Position numbers and translations under genes: made by a program. From contig JBBEEK010000028.1 in NCBI GenBank assembly GCA_040880825.1, positions 1 to 37,421 on the forward strand: a stretch of 37,421 bases of DNA, given 5' to 3'. Positions 25,147 to 34,971 of the stretch are shown here, piece by piece; within the stretch, counting starts at the first letter, position 1, and each line of letters opens with the position of its first letter. The DNA is from Chthoniobacterales bacterium (GTDB taxonomy: Bacteria; Verrucomicrobiota; Verrucomicrobiia; Chthoniobacterales; JACTMZ01). Below the pieces are notes generated by a model that searched no databases, was not told the origin of the DNA, and saw only the letters and a program-made list of their open reading frames with translations.

Positions 25147-28100
25147 CTACTCGGTGGTGGCCGCGACGGCGGTCCGGTTCGTTTCCGGTGCGGGCTGATC
25201 GGCGAGGATCTCCTCGAGCGCTCCGGCGTCGAGTTCGTCGAAATTGATTTCGTCGACCGTGACAACGGCTTCTTGGACGGGTGCCGCCGCGGGTGCGGTC
25301 TTGGTTCCGCCGCCGAGATGCTCGTCGATGAGCCCGGCGATCTGGCCGATGGTGCGTGCGCGCAGCAGGCTGGTCGGCGGCAAGGTCACCCCGACAGCAC
25401 TTTCAATCATGTTTTCGATCTCCACGCCCATGAGCGAATCGAGGCCGAGATCGGTCAGCGGTTGCTCCGGGCGGAGGGACTCGGGTTTGACGCGGAGGAC
25501 GGATCCGACCACTTCCTGCAGCGCCAGGATAATGATGCCCTGTCGCTCCGCGGGGGCGGCGGCATCGATGCGCTTGCGCCAATCGCCGACTTTGCCGGCG
25601 GATTCGTCGGCCTCGGCGGTGCCGGAGAGGACGCGCTCGAACAACCGGTTTTCCTGCGCGCCTTTCGATGCTTGGCGCCATTTGGCCCAGTCGATGCGCA
25701 TGCCCGCCGCCTGCGGGGCGCCCGTGCCGAGAAGAATCTCCAGCACTTCGAAAATTTCCCGCGGTTCGACGAGACCTGTGCCGATGCGCGCGAGGTATTC
25801 GGCCACGCGTTCGTTGCGCGCCACGTAGCCTTCGCCGCCGAGCGCACCCCAATTGACCGCGAGGGCCGGTTGTCCGAGAGACCGGCGGTGATGGGCCAGC
25901 GAGTCGAGGAAAGCGTTGGCCGCGGAATAGTTGCCTTGTGCGGGGTTGCCGAAAATGCTCGAGGCGGAGGAAAACATGACGAAAGCGTCGAGCGGTTGGT
26001 CGTGTGTGGCCTCGTGCAGGAGCCAGGCGCCGCGGGCTTTGGGATTGAGGACGGACGCCATGCGGTCCTCCGTCAGGTCGGCCAAGGGCGCATCATCAAG
26101 GACCATGGCCAGATGAAATACGCCTTTGAGCGGACGTCCGGCCGCGCGGATGCGGGTCATGACGGCATCCGCGCCCTCGGGCGTCCCGATATCCGCGGCC
26201 ACCGCGAGGACCTCCGTGCCGGCCGCATGCAACTCGGCGATGAATTCGTCCGCGCCCGGTGCAGCCGCGCCCTGACGGCTGGTCAGGACGAGATGACGCG
26301 CGCCTTTTTCCGCCAGCCAACGGGCCAGACTGCGTCCGAAGCCGCCGAATCCCCCGGTGACAAGGTAAAGCGCCTCCGCATCGACACGGAAAGGCGCGGC
26401 GGGAATTTCGCCTTGGCGCGAGACGAAGGGTTCGGCGAAATTCAAGATGACCTTTCCGGTGTGCTTGCCGCCGGCCATGAGACGGAAAGCGGCGTCGAGG
26501 CGGTTGACGGGGAAAGAGCGGTGCAAGAGCGGACGCAATTTTCCGGCGGCGACGAGCGCGGCGATTTCCGTCATGAGTTCGCGGGTCAGGGCCGCGTCGC
26601 CGGCGAAGACGGCATCCATGGCGACCACGTGAAAGGACGCGTTCTTGCGCAGGTGCCACATGGGCAGTTTGGAATTCTGGTAGATGTCGCGCTTGCCGAT
26701 CTCGATGAAACGTCCGAATTCGGCCAGACACGAGAGGCCCATGGGAATGGCTTCGGCGGCGAGGGCGTTGAGAACCGCGTCAACGCCGCGTCCGCCGGTC
26801 AGGCGTTTGACTTCCTCGGCGAAATCACCGCGGCGTGAATCCACCACATGCGCCACGCCGAGCGTCTGGAGCAGGGAGCGCTTGGCCGGGCTGCCGGCCG
26901 AGGCGATGACTTCGGCCCCGAGGTGATGCGCGATCTGGATGGCGGCCATGCCGACCCCGCCAGCTCCGGCGTGCACGAGGATTTTTTCGCCGGCGCGGAT
27001 CCGTGCCACGTTGACCAGCGAATGCCACGCGGTCATGAAAACGACCGGGATCGTCGCGGCCTGCTCGGGGGTGATCCCCTTGGGAATGGGCAACACATCT
27101 TCTGCGCGGGCCAGCGTGTGCGTAGCCAAACCGAAAACGGCCAGGCCGAAAACACGGTCGCCCGGTTTGACGTGGGTCACGCCGTCGCCGACCGCGAGGA
27201 CCTCGCCGGCCACCTCGTCGCCATACATGCGGGCATCGGCCGTCTCGGCCGGATAAAGTCCCAGCGCCTTGAGGACGTCGCGGAAATTCAAGCCGGCTGC
27301 CTCGACGCGGATCAGCACCTGACCCGGTTCGCAAACGGGCATGGTGAAAGCTGTGAGTTGCAGACTGTCGAGCACGCCGCGCTCGAGGGATTCGACGCGC
27401 AGCGGGACTTCGGGGCCGAGTTCGCGGGTGCGGACCGGCAAGCCGCGGGTCAGACGCAGTCCGTAGCGGGCCTCGTCGCGCAGGGCGATTTCGCGTTCCG
27501 GCTCATCGCGGGAAAGTTCGCCATGCAGGATTGCGGCATCGCGGGCCGAAGCGCGCGGTGGAAGGTCGATGCTGCGGACCACAACGTGGGGGTTTTCGTT
27601 GAGCAGGACGCGGAAAACTCCCAACACGGCGCCCGCGCCAAGGTCGATGGATTGGCGATCGCGTCCGACCGGTTGCGCGCCGCGGGTGACCACATCAACC
27701 CGGAGACCGCTGGCCGCCGCACCGAACCGGCCGAGGAAAACGGAAAGATTGCGCAGGGCCGTGGCATCGCGTTGGAACTCGCCGTCGCGGGCCGTGGCCA
27801 GGCCCCACAAATAAACGATACGCCGGGGTATCTCGGCGGACACCGCCTCGGCCAGCTTGGCCCAATCGGCCTCGCTCGATGGATCGATGGTGTATCCGTC
27901 CTGGCTGGCGCTGAAGTCCGTGCCCCGACGCACGACGCCGCAGGTTCCGCCGGCCGCGACAAGGGAAGTGGCCAGTCCGGCGCCGGTGCCTGCGTCGTCC
28001 GCAAAAACCAACCAACCGGCCGCCGGCATCTCCACCGCTTGGCCGGCGACGGCGCTTTCTTCCGCCTTGCGCGCCATGGCCAGAAATTGCGACTCCCCGC

Positions 28101-31100
28101 CCTCCGGCCCGGCCAGACCCGGCACGCTTGCGGTCTCCGCGAATCCGCATTCGCGCAATAGTTCCTCCCACCGTTCGCGCCCGAGAAGCGGGTGATCGGT
28201 CCGCAGGTCGGTGTCGGTCATGCTCCACCAACCGGACGTGAGCCCGAAGACGGACTCGGTCCAGGTGCGCGGCGAAGCCACATCGACAAAAGCCAGCGTC
28301 CCGCCGGGGGCAAGCAGGCGGTGGAGACGCCGCAAAGTCGCGCGTAAATCGCACGCGGCATGCAGGACATTCGTGCCGATGATGAAATCGAAGGAGCCTT
28401 CATCGAATCCCTGTTCGAAAGGCTCGCGATTCAAGTCGAGCGGCTGGTATTCGACCTCGGGGAAGCTGGCCAGCTTTTGCTGCGCCGAGGGGAAGAAGGC
28501 GGCCGACGCGTCGGTGAACACGTAGCGATGCAGTTCACGCTGCAAACGCGGAAGGACATAAGCGGCCAAACCGCCCGTGCCCGCGCCGACTTCAAGAATG
28601 CGGAGCCCGCGACCTTCGGGCAAAGCCAAGGCGGAGCGCCGCAGTGCGGTGGCCACGCCGGCCAGCCAGGGCGAGGAAAAGATGCCGTCGCTGTAAAAAT
28701 GCTCGAGCAAATCGGAACCGGCCCCGGTGAAGAGGACCTGCACGGCGTCCTTCTCCCCGCGCATGATCGCGGCGAAGTTCCGTCCGGTGGTCGCGCCCAA
28801 GAGCGCCTGCGGATAGTGCTCGGGGCGGGCTTGGAGAAAGGTGCGCAATTTGTCTTCGGCCGTGCCGGCCCACGCATCGAAGTGGTCCGTCGCCGCCCAA
28901 CCATCCTGCCGCGCCGCAAGCGCGCCGCGTCCGGCCAGCGCTTCCATCAAGCGGGCGAAGACGCGCTGCTGCGGCTCGACGACGCGGAGCGAGCCGGCGG
29001 TGAAGTTGCCGCCCTCGCGCACGCCCATCTCGTGCAAGCCGGCGGCCACGAAAGCGGCGGCGAGATCATCCTCCTCGCCCATGACCTGCCGCATGTTGTC
29101 TTCGCCGCGCAGGGCGACGACGCTGGACCCCGCCTCCGCGGCCGAGCGCTGCAATTCCGCCAGCGGGACACCGGGAGTTTCCAGCGTGTCGGCCGGCCCC
29201 GGCAACCTCTGCCAATCGAGATGGTAAACGAGGTCGCGCCAGCCGGATGTTCCGCCTTTTTTGCCGAAGGACAAAGCCACGGCGCGGAAGCCTTCGACGT
29301 AAACGGCCGGACGCCCGGCTTCGTCATAAAGTGAAATATTGCCCTCGATCAGCTCGTCGTTGTTTTGCGTCACTTCGGCGCGGACCCGTGCCGCGGCCCC
29401 GGGAGTGCGCAGGAAAAGGATGCGCGAGAAACGCACCGGCAATTTCATTTTTTCCTCGAGGCCTTCCATGGCGCGGCCCCCGGCCGAGAAGACGTGGAGC
29501 GCGGCATCCATGATGACCGGATGCATTGCGTAGTCGCCGGCGCGTTCGGCCGCGGTCTCCGAGAGCGAAACGCGACCTGCGGAACGGCCGGCGCGCGTGG
29601 CCAGTTCCCGCACGGCACGGAATTCCGGACCGTAGGGCAGACCGAGGCGCGCCATCGTTTCGTACGAGCTTTCCGGCGATTGTCCTTCGAATCCGGCGGT
29701 CGCATCTTGCCAGGGCGAATTTTCGAATGCCGACGCGACGCGCTCGGACCGCAGCGAGCCGACGACATGCACCGACCAATTGGGCGAGGGCTCGAAGCGG
29801 CTTTGGATGTTGAAGGTGCGTTCGACCGGGTCGTAGGTCAGCTCCATGACCAAATCCTCCACCGCCTCCGGCACGATGAGGGGCTTGCGGATTTCGAATT
29901 CCTCGACGGCGAAGGGCCGTCCCTCGAACAATTCGCGCCCGGCCTCGAGCGCCATTTCGATGAAGCCGGCGGCGGGAAAGACAATGTGTTTGTCGACGCG
30001 GTGGTCGCGCAGGTAGGCGAGGTGACGTTCGTCGAGCCGGCAGGTCCAGGTCGGCACGGAACGCAGCAGTTTGGCGTCGAGCAACCCGCGACCGCCGGGA
30101 TGAAGCCGCCCGTGCTGGGCCTCACCCGACTCGCTCCACCAGCGGGCTTTGTTCCAGGGATAAGTCGGCAACTTGAGCAGACGACGGGACGGAGTCATCG
30201 CCTCGAAGCGCAGCTCGACGCCGAGACGGTGCAGGTCGTTGGCCGCCTCGACCAGAGCTTCCTGCTCGCGTTCGCGTCGCGTGGAGGAGACGACTTGTGT
30301 TTTCCCGCCGTTGCCGGCCAGACATTCCTGGATGGAAATGGCCAGCGCGGGGTGCGCGCTCAATTCCAGCCAGATGTCCACGCCGTGCTCTGCCATGGAG
30401 CCGACCGCTTCGACGAAGCGCACCGGCTGACGGATCCCGCGCGCCCAATAGGAGGCCACGCAGTCCTCGCCGCGGCAACGTTCGCCGGTCACGGTGCAGA
30501 AAAAAGGCACGGTCTCGGCGCGCGGTTGCAAATGCGCCAAGCGCTTTTCCACGGCGTCGGCCGCCGGTTGCATCATGGCGTGGTGGAAGGGATGGCTGAC
30601 GCGCACAAAGCGGGCGAAAATTCCCGCCGTCTCCAGTTCGGCCGCCATTATTTCGAGGGACGTCTTGCGTCCGGACATGGTGAGCGACTTCGGACCATTG
30701 AAGGCCGCGATGCTCACTTCCGGATCATGGCGGGCGATCAATTCTCCGGCTTCCGCCGGCGAGAGTCCCACCGCCAGCATGGCGCCTTCGCCGTGGGTGC
30801 AATCCTGCATCGACTGCGCGCGAATCACGATGATCTCGGCCGCCTCCTCGAGCGTGAAGATCCCCGCGAGGCAAGCCGCGGCCACCTCGCCGACGCTGTG
30901 GCCGACGATGCACGAAGGTTCGATGCCGCGGGACTTCCATAGTTCGGCCAGTGCGATCTGCATGGCGAAAATGGCGGGTTGGGCGAATTCGGTCTGACCA
31001 AGGCGCGTTTCACTCTCATCGCGCATCAATTCCTCGAAGAGGGAAAAACGGGCATGCGGGGCCATGGCCGCCGCGCAGCGTTCCATGGCTGCGCGGAAAA

Positions 31101-32799
31101 CCGGTTCGGTCCGCATGAGTTCGCGTCCCATCCCCCACCATTGCGGCCCCTGTCCGCTCATGACAAAGCCGATGCGCGGGGCGTGTTCGGGTGCGGGTGT
31201 GAACGACGTTTTCAACTCCGGACTGGCGCCTTCCTGCGCGAATTCGCGCAAGGCGTCAGCCAGTTGACGGTCCGATTTCGGCGCACCGGTCAGCCGGTAA
31301 GAATGATGGTTGCGTCGTGCGCCGAGCGTGTGAACCAGATCCGGCAGCAGCGATGATACGCCGTTGGCGCGAAGCTTGGCCTCGATCCATGACGCGAGGT
31401 TCGCGGCGGAGGCCTTGAGCGATTCTTCGGAACGCGCGGAGAGGACGAAAGGCCAGGCGCGATTGTCTTCGACGACGACAGCGGACGACTCGGGGCGCGC
31501 GGGAGGTTCGGAGAGAATGACGTGTGCGTTGGCCCCGCCGAAACCGAAAGAATTCACGCCGATGGTGCGCGGTTTTTTTCCATCGCCCGGGAAATCCTCG
31601 GTGGCCACCGGCACGCGCAGACGGCAGGCCTCGAAATCGATGTGCGGACTCGGTTCCTTGAAATTCAGGCTCGGCGGGATTTTTCCGCGGTTGGCCACCA
31701 GCGCGGCTTTCATCAGTCCGGCCACGCCGGCGGCTGTCTCGAGGTGTCCGAGATTCGTCTTCACCGAACCGATGACCAGAGGGTGTCCGGCAGGACGTTC
31801 CTGACAAAGCGCTTCGGCCAGCGCATGCGCTTCGATCGGATCACCGACCGCGGTGCCCGTGCCGTGCGCCTCCACGTAGCCGATGTCGGACGGATCAATG
31901 CCGGCGATGACGCAGGCCTTTTTGACCAACCGGGCTTGCGCCTTCTGGCCGGGGAGGGAAATGCCGTTGGTGTGTCCGTCTTGGTTCGTCGCCGTGGCGC
32001 GGATCACCGCGTAAACCGGATCGCCGTCGGCCAGGGCCCGCGCCAACGGCTTGAGCACCACCATGCCGGCCCCTTCGCCGCGCACGAAACCGTCGGCCGA
32101 CGCGTCGAACGCTTTGCAGCGACCTTCCGGGGAAAGCATGCTGGCGCGCGAGAATCCGATGAAGCCCTCGGGCGTGATCATGACCGTCACGCCGCCGGCC
32201 ATGGCCACCGGACAATGCCCCGCCGCCAGCTGCTCGCAGGCGATATGCACCGCGGTGAGCGCCGCCGAGCAGGCGGTGTCCATCGCGATGCTCGGCCCGG
32301 TCAGGTTGAAGCAATAAGAAATGCGATTGGCCGCGATGCTGTGCGCGTGCCCGGTCGGGGTGTGCGCGCAGATGCGCGAACGGTCGCCCCCGCCGCCCTG
32401 GATCGACTGGTAATCGTTGTGCGAGACGCCGACGAAGACCCCGATGTCCGTGCCGTTGCCCAAGTCGAGCACGAGGCCGGCATCCTCCATCGCCTCCCAA
32501 GCCGTCTCGAGGAGGAGGCGTTGCTGCGGATCGATGGAGGGAGCCTCGCGGGGTGAGATGCCGAAAAATTGCGGGTCAAACTGGTCGATGCCATTGATGA
32601 ACCCGCCGCGCTTGGCGATCGATTTGCCGGGCAACCCGGCCTCCGTGTCATGAAAGCGCGCGATGTTCCAGCGGTCGGCCGGGATTTCGGACACCGCCTC
32701 GCGTCCTTCGAGCAGGAAGTTCCAGAAATCCTCCGGATTGTTCAGACCGCCGGGAAAGCGGCAGCCCATTCCGATAATGGCAATGTCTTCCTTCTTCAT
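25147..32799 (-). CDS. Single-module highly reducing type I PKS: KS-AT-DH-cMT-ER-KR-ACP (no TE, no loading domain)
   Basis: KS: DTACS, HGTGT, KTNLGHLE. AT: GHSVG, HPFH. DH: DHRVDKHIVFP, HPVIMD. cMT: LEVGAGTGG, TNVLHA. ER: NFRD, LVHAGAGGVG. KR: TGGFGGFG, HLAMVLDD, GNPAQGNYSAAN. ACP: LGLDSLM. Confidence 0.97.
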   Translation of the reverse strand: MKKEDIAIIGMGCRFPGGLNNPEDFWNFLLEGREAVSEIPADRWNIARFHDTEAGLPGKSIAKRGGFINGIDQFDPQFFGISPREAPSIDPQQRLLLETAWEAMEDAGLVLDLGNGTDIGVFVGVSHNDYQSIQGGGGDRSRICAHTPTGHAHSIAANRISYCFNLTGPSIAMDTACSAALTAVHIACEQLAAGHCPVAMAGGVTVMITPEGFIGFSRASMLSPEGRCKAFDASADGFVRGEGAGMVVLKPLARALADGDPVYAVIRATATNQDGHTNGISLPGQKAQARLVKKACVIAGIDPSDIGYVEAHGTGTAVGDPIEAHALAEALCQERPAGHPLVIGSVKTNLGHLETAAGVAGLMKAALVANRGKIPPSLNFKEPSPHIDFEACRLRVPVATEDFPGDGKKPRTIGVNSFGFGGANAHVILSEPPARPESSAVVVEDNRAWPFVLSARSEESLKASAANLASWIEAKLRANGVSSLLPDLVHTLGARRNHHSYRLTGAPKSDRQLADALREFAQEGASPELKTSFTPAPEHAPRIGFVMSGQGPQWWGMGRELMRTEPVFRAAMERCAAAMAPHARFSLFEELMRDESETRLGQTEFAQPAIFAMQIALAELWKSRGIEPSCIVGHSVGEVAAACLAGIFTLEEAAEIIVIRAQSMQDCTHGEGAMLAVGLSPAEAGELIARHDPEVSIAAFNGPKSLTMSGRKTSLEIMAAELETAGIFARFVRVSHPFHHAMMQPAADAVEKRLAHLQPRAETVPFFCTVTGERCRGEDCVASYWARGIRQPVRFVEAVGSMAEHGVDIWLELSAHPALAISIQECLAGNGGKTQVVSSTRREREQEALVEAANDLHRLGVELRFEAMTPSRRLLKLPTYPWNKARWWSESGEAQHGRLHPGGRGLLDAKLLRSVPTWTCRLDERHLAYLRDHRVDKHIVFPAAGFIEMALEAGRELFEGRPFAVEEFEIRKPLIVPEAVEDLVMELTYDPVERTFNIQSRFEPSPNWSVHVVGSLRSERVASAFENSPWQDATAGFEGQSPESSYETMARLGLPYGPEFRAVRELATRAGRSAGRVSLSETAAERAGDYAMHPVIMDAALHVFSAGGRAMEGLEEKMKLPVRFSRILFLRTPGAAARVRAEVTQNNDELIEGNISLYDEAGRPAVYVEGFRAVALSFGKKGGTSGWRDLVYHLDWQRLPGPADTLETPGVPLAELQRSAAEAGSSVVALRGEDNMRQVMGEEDDLAAAFVAAGLHEMGVREGGNFTAGSLRVVEPQQRVFARLMEALAGRGALAARQDGWAATDHFDAWAGTAEDKLRTFLQARPEHYPQALLGATTGRNFAAIMRGEKDAVQVLFTGAGSDLLEHFYSDGIFSSPWLAGVATALRRSALALPEGRGLRILEVGAGTGGLAAYVLPRLQRELHRYVFTDASAAFFPSAQQKLASFPEVEYQPLDLNREPFEQGFDEGSFDFIIGTNVLHAACDLRATLRRLHRLLAPGGTLAFVDVASPRTWTESVFGLTSGWWSMTDTDLRTDHPLLGRERWEELLRECGFAETASVPGLAGPEGGESQFLAMARKAEESAVAGQAVEMPAAGWLVFADDAGTGAGLATSLVAAGGTCGVVRRGTDFSASQDGYTIDPSSEADWAKLAEAVSAEIPRRIVYLWGLATARDGEFQRDATALRNLSVFLGRFGAAASGLRVDVVTRGAQPVGRDRQSIDLGAGAVLGVFRVLLNENPHVVVRSIDLPPRASARDAAILHGELSRDEPEREIALRDEARYGLRLTRGLPVRTRELGPEVPLRVESLERGVLDSLQLTAFTMPVCEPGQVLIRVEAAGLNFRDVLKALGLYPAETADARMYGDEVAGEVLAVGDGVTHVKPGDRVFGLAVFGLATHTLARAEDVLPIPKGITPEQAATIPVVFMTAWHSLVNVARIRAGEKILVHAGAGGVGMAAIQIAHHLGAEVIASAGSPAKRSLLQTLGVAHVVDSRRGDFAEEVKRLTGGRGVDAVLNALAAEAIPMGLSCLAEFGRFIEIGKRDIYQNSKLPMWHLRKNASFHVVAMDAVFAGDAALTRELMTEIAALVAAGKLRPLLHRSFPVNRLDAAFRLMAGGKHTGKVILNFAEPFVSRQGEIPAAPFRVDAEALYLVTGGFGGFGRSLARWLAEKGARHLVLTSRQGAAAPGADEFIAELHAAGTEVLAVAADIGTPEGADAVMTRIRAAGRPLKGVFHLAMVLDDAPLADLTEDRMASVLNPKARGAWLLHEATHDQPLDAFVMFSSASSIFGNPAQGNYSAANAFLDSLAHHRRSLGQPALAVNWGALGGEGYVARNERVAEYLARIGTGLVEPREIFEVLEILLGTGAPQAAGMRIDWAKWRQASKGAQENRLFERVLSGTAEADESAGKVGDWRKRIDAAAPAERQGIIILALQEVVGSVLRVKPESLRPEQPLTDLGLDSLMGVEIENMIESAVGVTLPPTSLLRARTIGQIAGLIDEHLGGGTKTAPAAAPVQEAVVTVDEINFDELDAGALEEILADQPAPETNRTAVAATTE

Positions 32800-32828
32800 G
32801 CATCAGGGCCCGAGGCAACCAACCGGCA

Positions 32829-32857
32829 AGTCTGGCAGCCGCCCCGACGCGGCGCAA
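32829..32857 (-). promoter_or_regulatory. Candidate sigma70-like promoter of the PKS operon
   Basis: Minus strand TTGCGC-N17-CAGACT with TGn just before the -10 element, in the 78-nt gap between the cyclase stop and the PKS start; visual match only. Confidence 0.3.
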
Positions 32858-32877
32858 GAACGGGGCTGCGCCACCGC

Positions 32878-34971
32878 TCAAGCGCGGGTCAAATGGTAAA
32901 GCTGGAAGGCGCCGAAGCCCTTGGGTAGTGGGGTTTCCCCCGCGTATTCGAAGCGTACCCCGGGAATACCGAAGGCGGTGGCCAGCGCGGCCACCGTGCG
33001 GCTGGCATAGACATGGTTGACCGGCGTGATTGGTTCGATGCGCGCCGCCCGGTTGACCAAGCTGCCGGCCACGTCGCGGCAACCGCTCACCGGGTCGTCG
33101 AATTCGAGCACCGGACCCGCATCGAGCGAGATGCGCAGCCCGAGATCCTCCGGCAGCCCGAGGGCCGACCAATCGACGGCGCGGATCGCGTCGCGCAGCT
33201 CGAGGCTGCAACGGATGGCGTCCGGCAAGTCTTTGAAGACCATGAAAAGCCCGTCGCCGGCCGTCTTGATCGTCACCGTCCGGTCGCGGAAGTGGTCGAC
33301 CGCGGCGCCCACGCGTCCGAGAAATTCGCGCGCGAAGACGCGCAACCGCGGCGCATCCAACCGGCTGTAGCCTTTCGCATCGGCGCACAGCACGGCCCGG
33401 AAGGGCGCGCCGTCGCCCGGCACCCCGAGATCCGCTGCTTCGGCCGGCGGCAATCCGGTCGGCACGATGTCGAGCTCGCCGGACCGCAGCAACACGGAAC
33501 CGCGGAAGAAGGCGCGCGCCAGGGCCGGGCTGATATCTTCGCGGACGATCTGCGTTTCCTTTTGTCCGAGCACGCGCGTGGCGCGGCGCATCACGGTCTC
33601 GAGCAGGGCATGCTCGGCGGGCGACAACCGGTCGCGGAATTTTTCCAGCGGCTCCTCCAGCCCCAGTTGGAATTCCGAGCAATGGGCGGCCAGGGCCGCG
33701 GCTTCCGTCAGTTGCCCGGGCTCGTGCAGGTAATAAAAAACCACCGCGTCTTCCGGCGGCGCGTCCGCGGCGGGTCCGCCGACGCCGGCCACACGCAACT
33801 CCGGGAGGCGGAACCAAGCGGCCACCTCGTTTTCCGGGAAGCCGGTGCGTCGCGCGGTTTCCAGCGCCTGCCGCCGCATGGATTGCAGCGGGCGCCAGCG
33901 GTTGCGCAGGGCCTGCGCGGCGGCGCGGTAAGCGGTGGCGGCCGGTTCCGCTTCGTGCCGCAGAAGGTGCGCCTCGCCGCGCGTCGCCTCGAGCCAGGGG
34001 TCGGGGGTTGCCTCACCGCGTTTTTTCTCCACGGCGTCGCACAGGCCGAGCACCTCGGCGGCCAGCCCGTGCGCTTCGTCGCGGCGTCCCGACCAGGCGG
34101 CCATGGCGGCGGCATTGATGCCGAGGTAGTAGGCCGAGGTGGCGGACTCAAGACTGTTCTCTTTGCCGAAAAGATCGCGAACTGTGTCATAAGCCGCATG
34201 GTAAGTGGCGCGCGCCTCCTCGAAGCACCGCCGCGCTTCGCCGGGCTCGGCGGCCCGCAACCCGCGCGCCTTGGCCAGACGGCCGCGCAGTCCCGGCAGA
34301 TCGCCGCCGAGCCATTGTTCGCTGCCGATTTTGGCGATTTCCTGCGAGGCGCGTTCCAGGGCGCCGACTTCCATGAGCGACAACGCGGCGAGGTAGCGCA
34401 GCCGCGCTTCGAGTTCCGGCGGCATTTCGTCGCTCCCGCCCGCGGCCAGGGTGCGCGAGACCATGTCGAAAGCGAGCAGCGGCCATCCGGCGTCGGACGC
34501 CCGGCGCGCCAGACGGTAAAGCAACACGGGGTGGTGGAGCCAGAAATCGGGCAAATGAGCCCGCCACAGCAGGTCTGCTTCCTCGAAGCGCAGACTGTCC
34601 GCGGCCTCGAGTGCGGCGGCCACGACCCGCGCTTCGTCCGCGGCGACGTCGTCCGTCTTGGCCGCGGCCGCGATCCGGTAGCCATCCTGGTAGAGGCCGC
34701 GCAGCGTGGTCAGCGCGGTGGTGCGGTCGTAATTTTTCTCCACTTCCGGCAACGCGGCGTAGGACACGAGGTTCGGCGTGGTCTTGCGCTCGTCGTCGCG
34801 TCGCGGCCCGTAGGTCCATCCTTCCTCCAAACGCTGCGCGGCCCATCGATCGTGCACTTTTTCCGCGAGGCGCTCGACCAGCGGCGCGAGGAAGTCCGGC
34901 AGCCTGACGGCCGCCGAGGCGTCCGGCGGGGGGGACCACGCCGGGGCAGGGGAGTCGGAGGAATCAGTCAA
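32878..34971 (-). CDS. RyR domain + TPR-like (DUF4071/TPR-S-like) region + class III nucleotidyl cyclase
   Basis: RyR: LAEKVHDRWAAQRLEEGWTYGPRRDDERKTTPNLVSYAALPEVEKNYD. Helical repeats: YYLGINAA, WLEATRGEAHLL. Cyclase: ADAKGYS, IKTAGDG, LRISLDAGPV, DVAGSLVNRAARIE. Probable TTG start at 34971 overlapping the upstream stop. Confidence 0.85.
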   Translation of the reverse strand: MTDSSDSPAPAWSPPPDASAAVRLPDFLAPLVERLAEKVHDRWAAQRLEEGWTYGPRRDDERKTTPNLVSYAALPEVEKNYDRTTALTTLRGLYQDGYRIAAAAKTDDVAADEARVVAAALEAADSLRFEEADLLWRAHLPDFWLHHPVLLYRLARRASDAGWPLLAFDMVSRTLAAGGSDEMPPELEARLRYLAALSLMEVGALERASQEIAKIGSEQWLGGDLPGLRGRLAKARGLRAAEPGEARRCFEEARATYHAAYDTVRDLFGKENSLESATSAYYLGINAAAMAAWSGRRDEAHGLAAEVLGLCDAVEKKRGEATPDPWLEATRGEAHLLRHEAEPAATAYRAAAQALRNRWRPLQSMRRQALETARRTGFPENEVAAWFRLPELRVAGVGGPAADAPPEDAVVFYYLHEPGQLTEAAALAAHCSEFQLGLEEPLEKFRDRLSPAEHALLETVMRRATRVLGQKETQIVREDISPALARAFFRGSVLLRSGELDIVPTGLPPAEAADLGVPGDGAPFRAVLCADAKGYSRLDAPRLRVFAREFLGRVGAAVDHFRDRTVTIKTAGDGLFMVFKDLPDAIRCSLELRDAIRAVDWSALGLPEDLGLRISLDAGPVLEFDDPVSGCRDVAGSLVNRAARIEPITPVNHVYASRTVAALATAFGIPGVRFEYAGETPLPKGFGAFQLYHLTRA

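Noticed and set aside
24895-32556. Several 300-650 aa plus-strand ORFs opposite the PKS
   Set aside because: Typical high-GC antisense shadows with no recognisable motifs.
32878-33400. Cyclase considered as a Pycsar or CBASS component
   Set aside because: It keeps the Lys/Asp pair typical of adenylyl cyclases, and no adjacent cNMP-binding effector or CD-NTase is visible.
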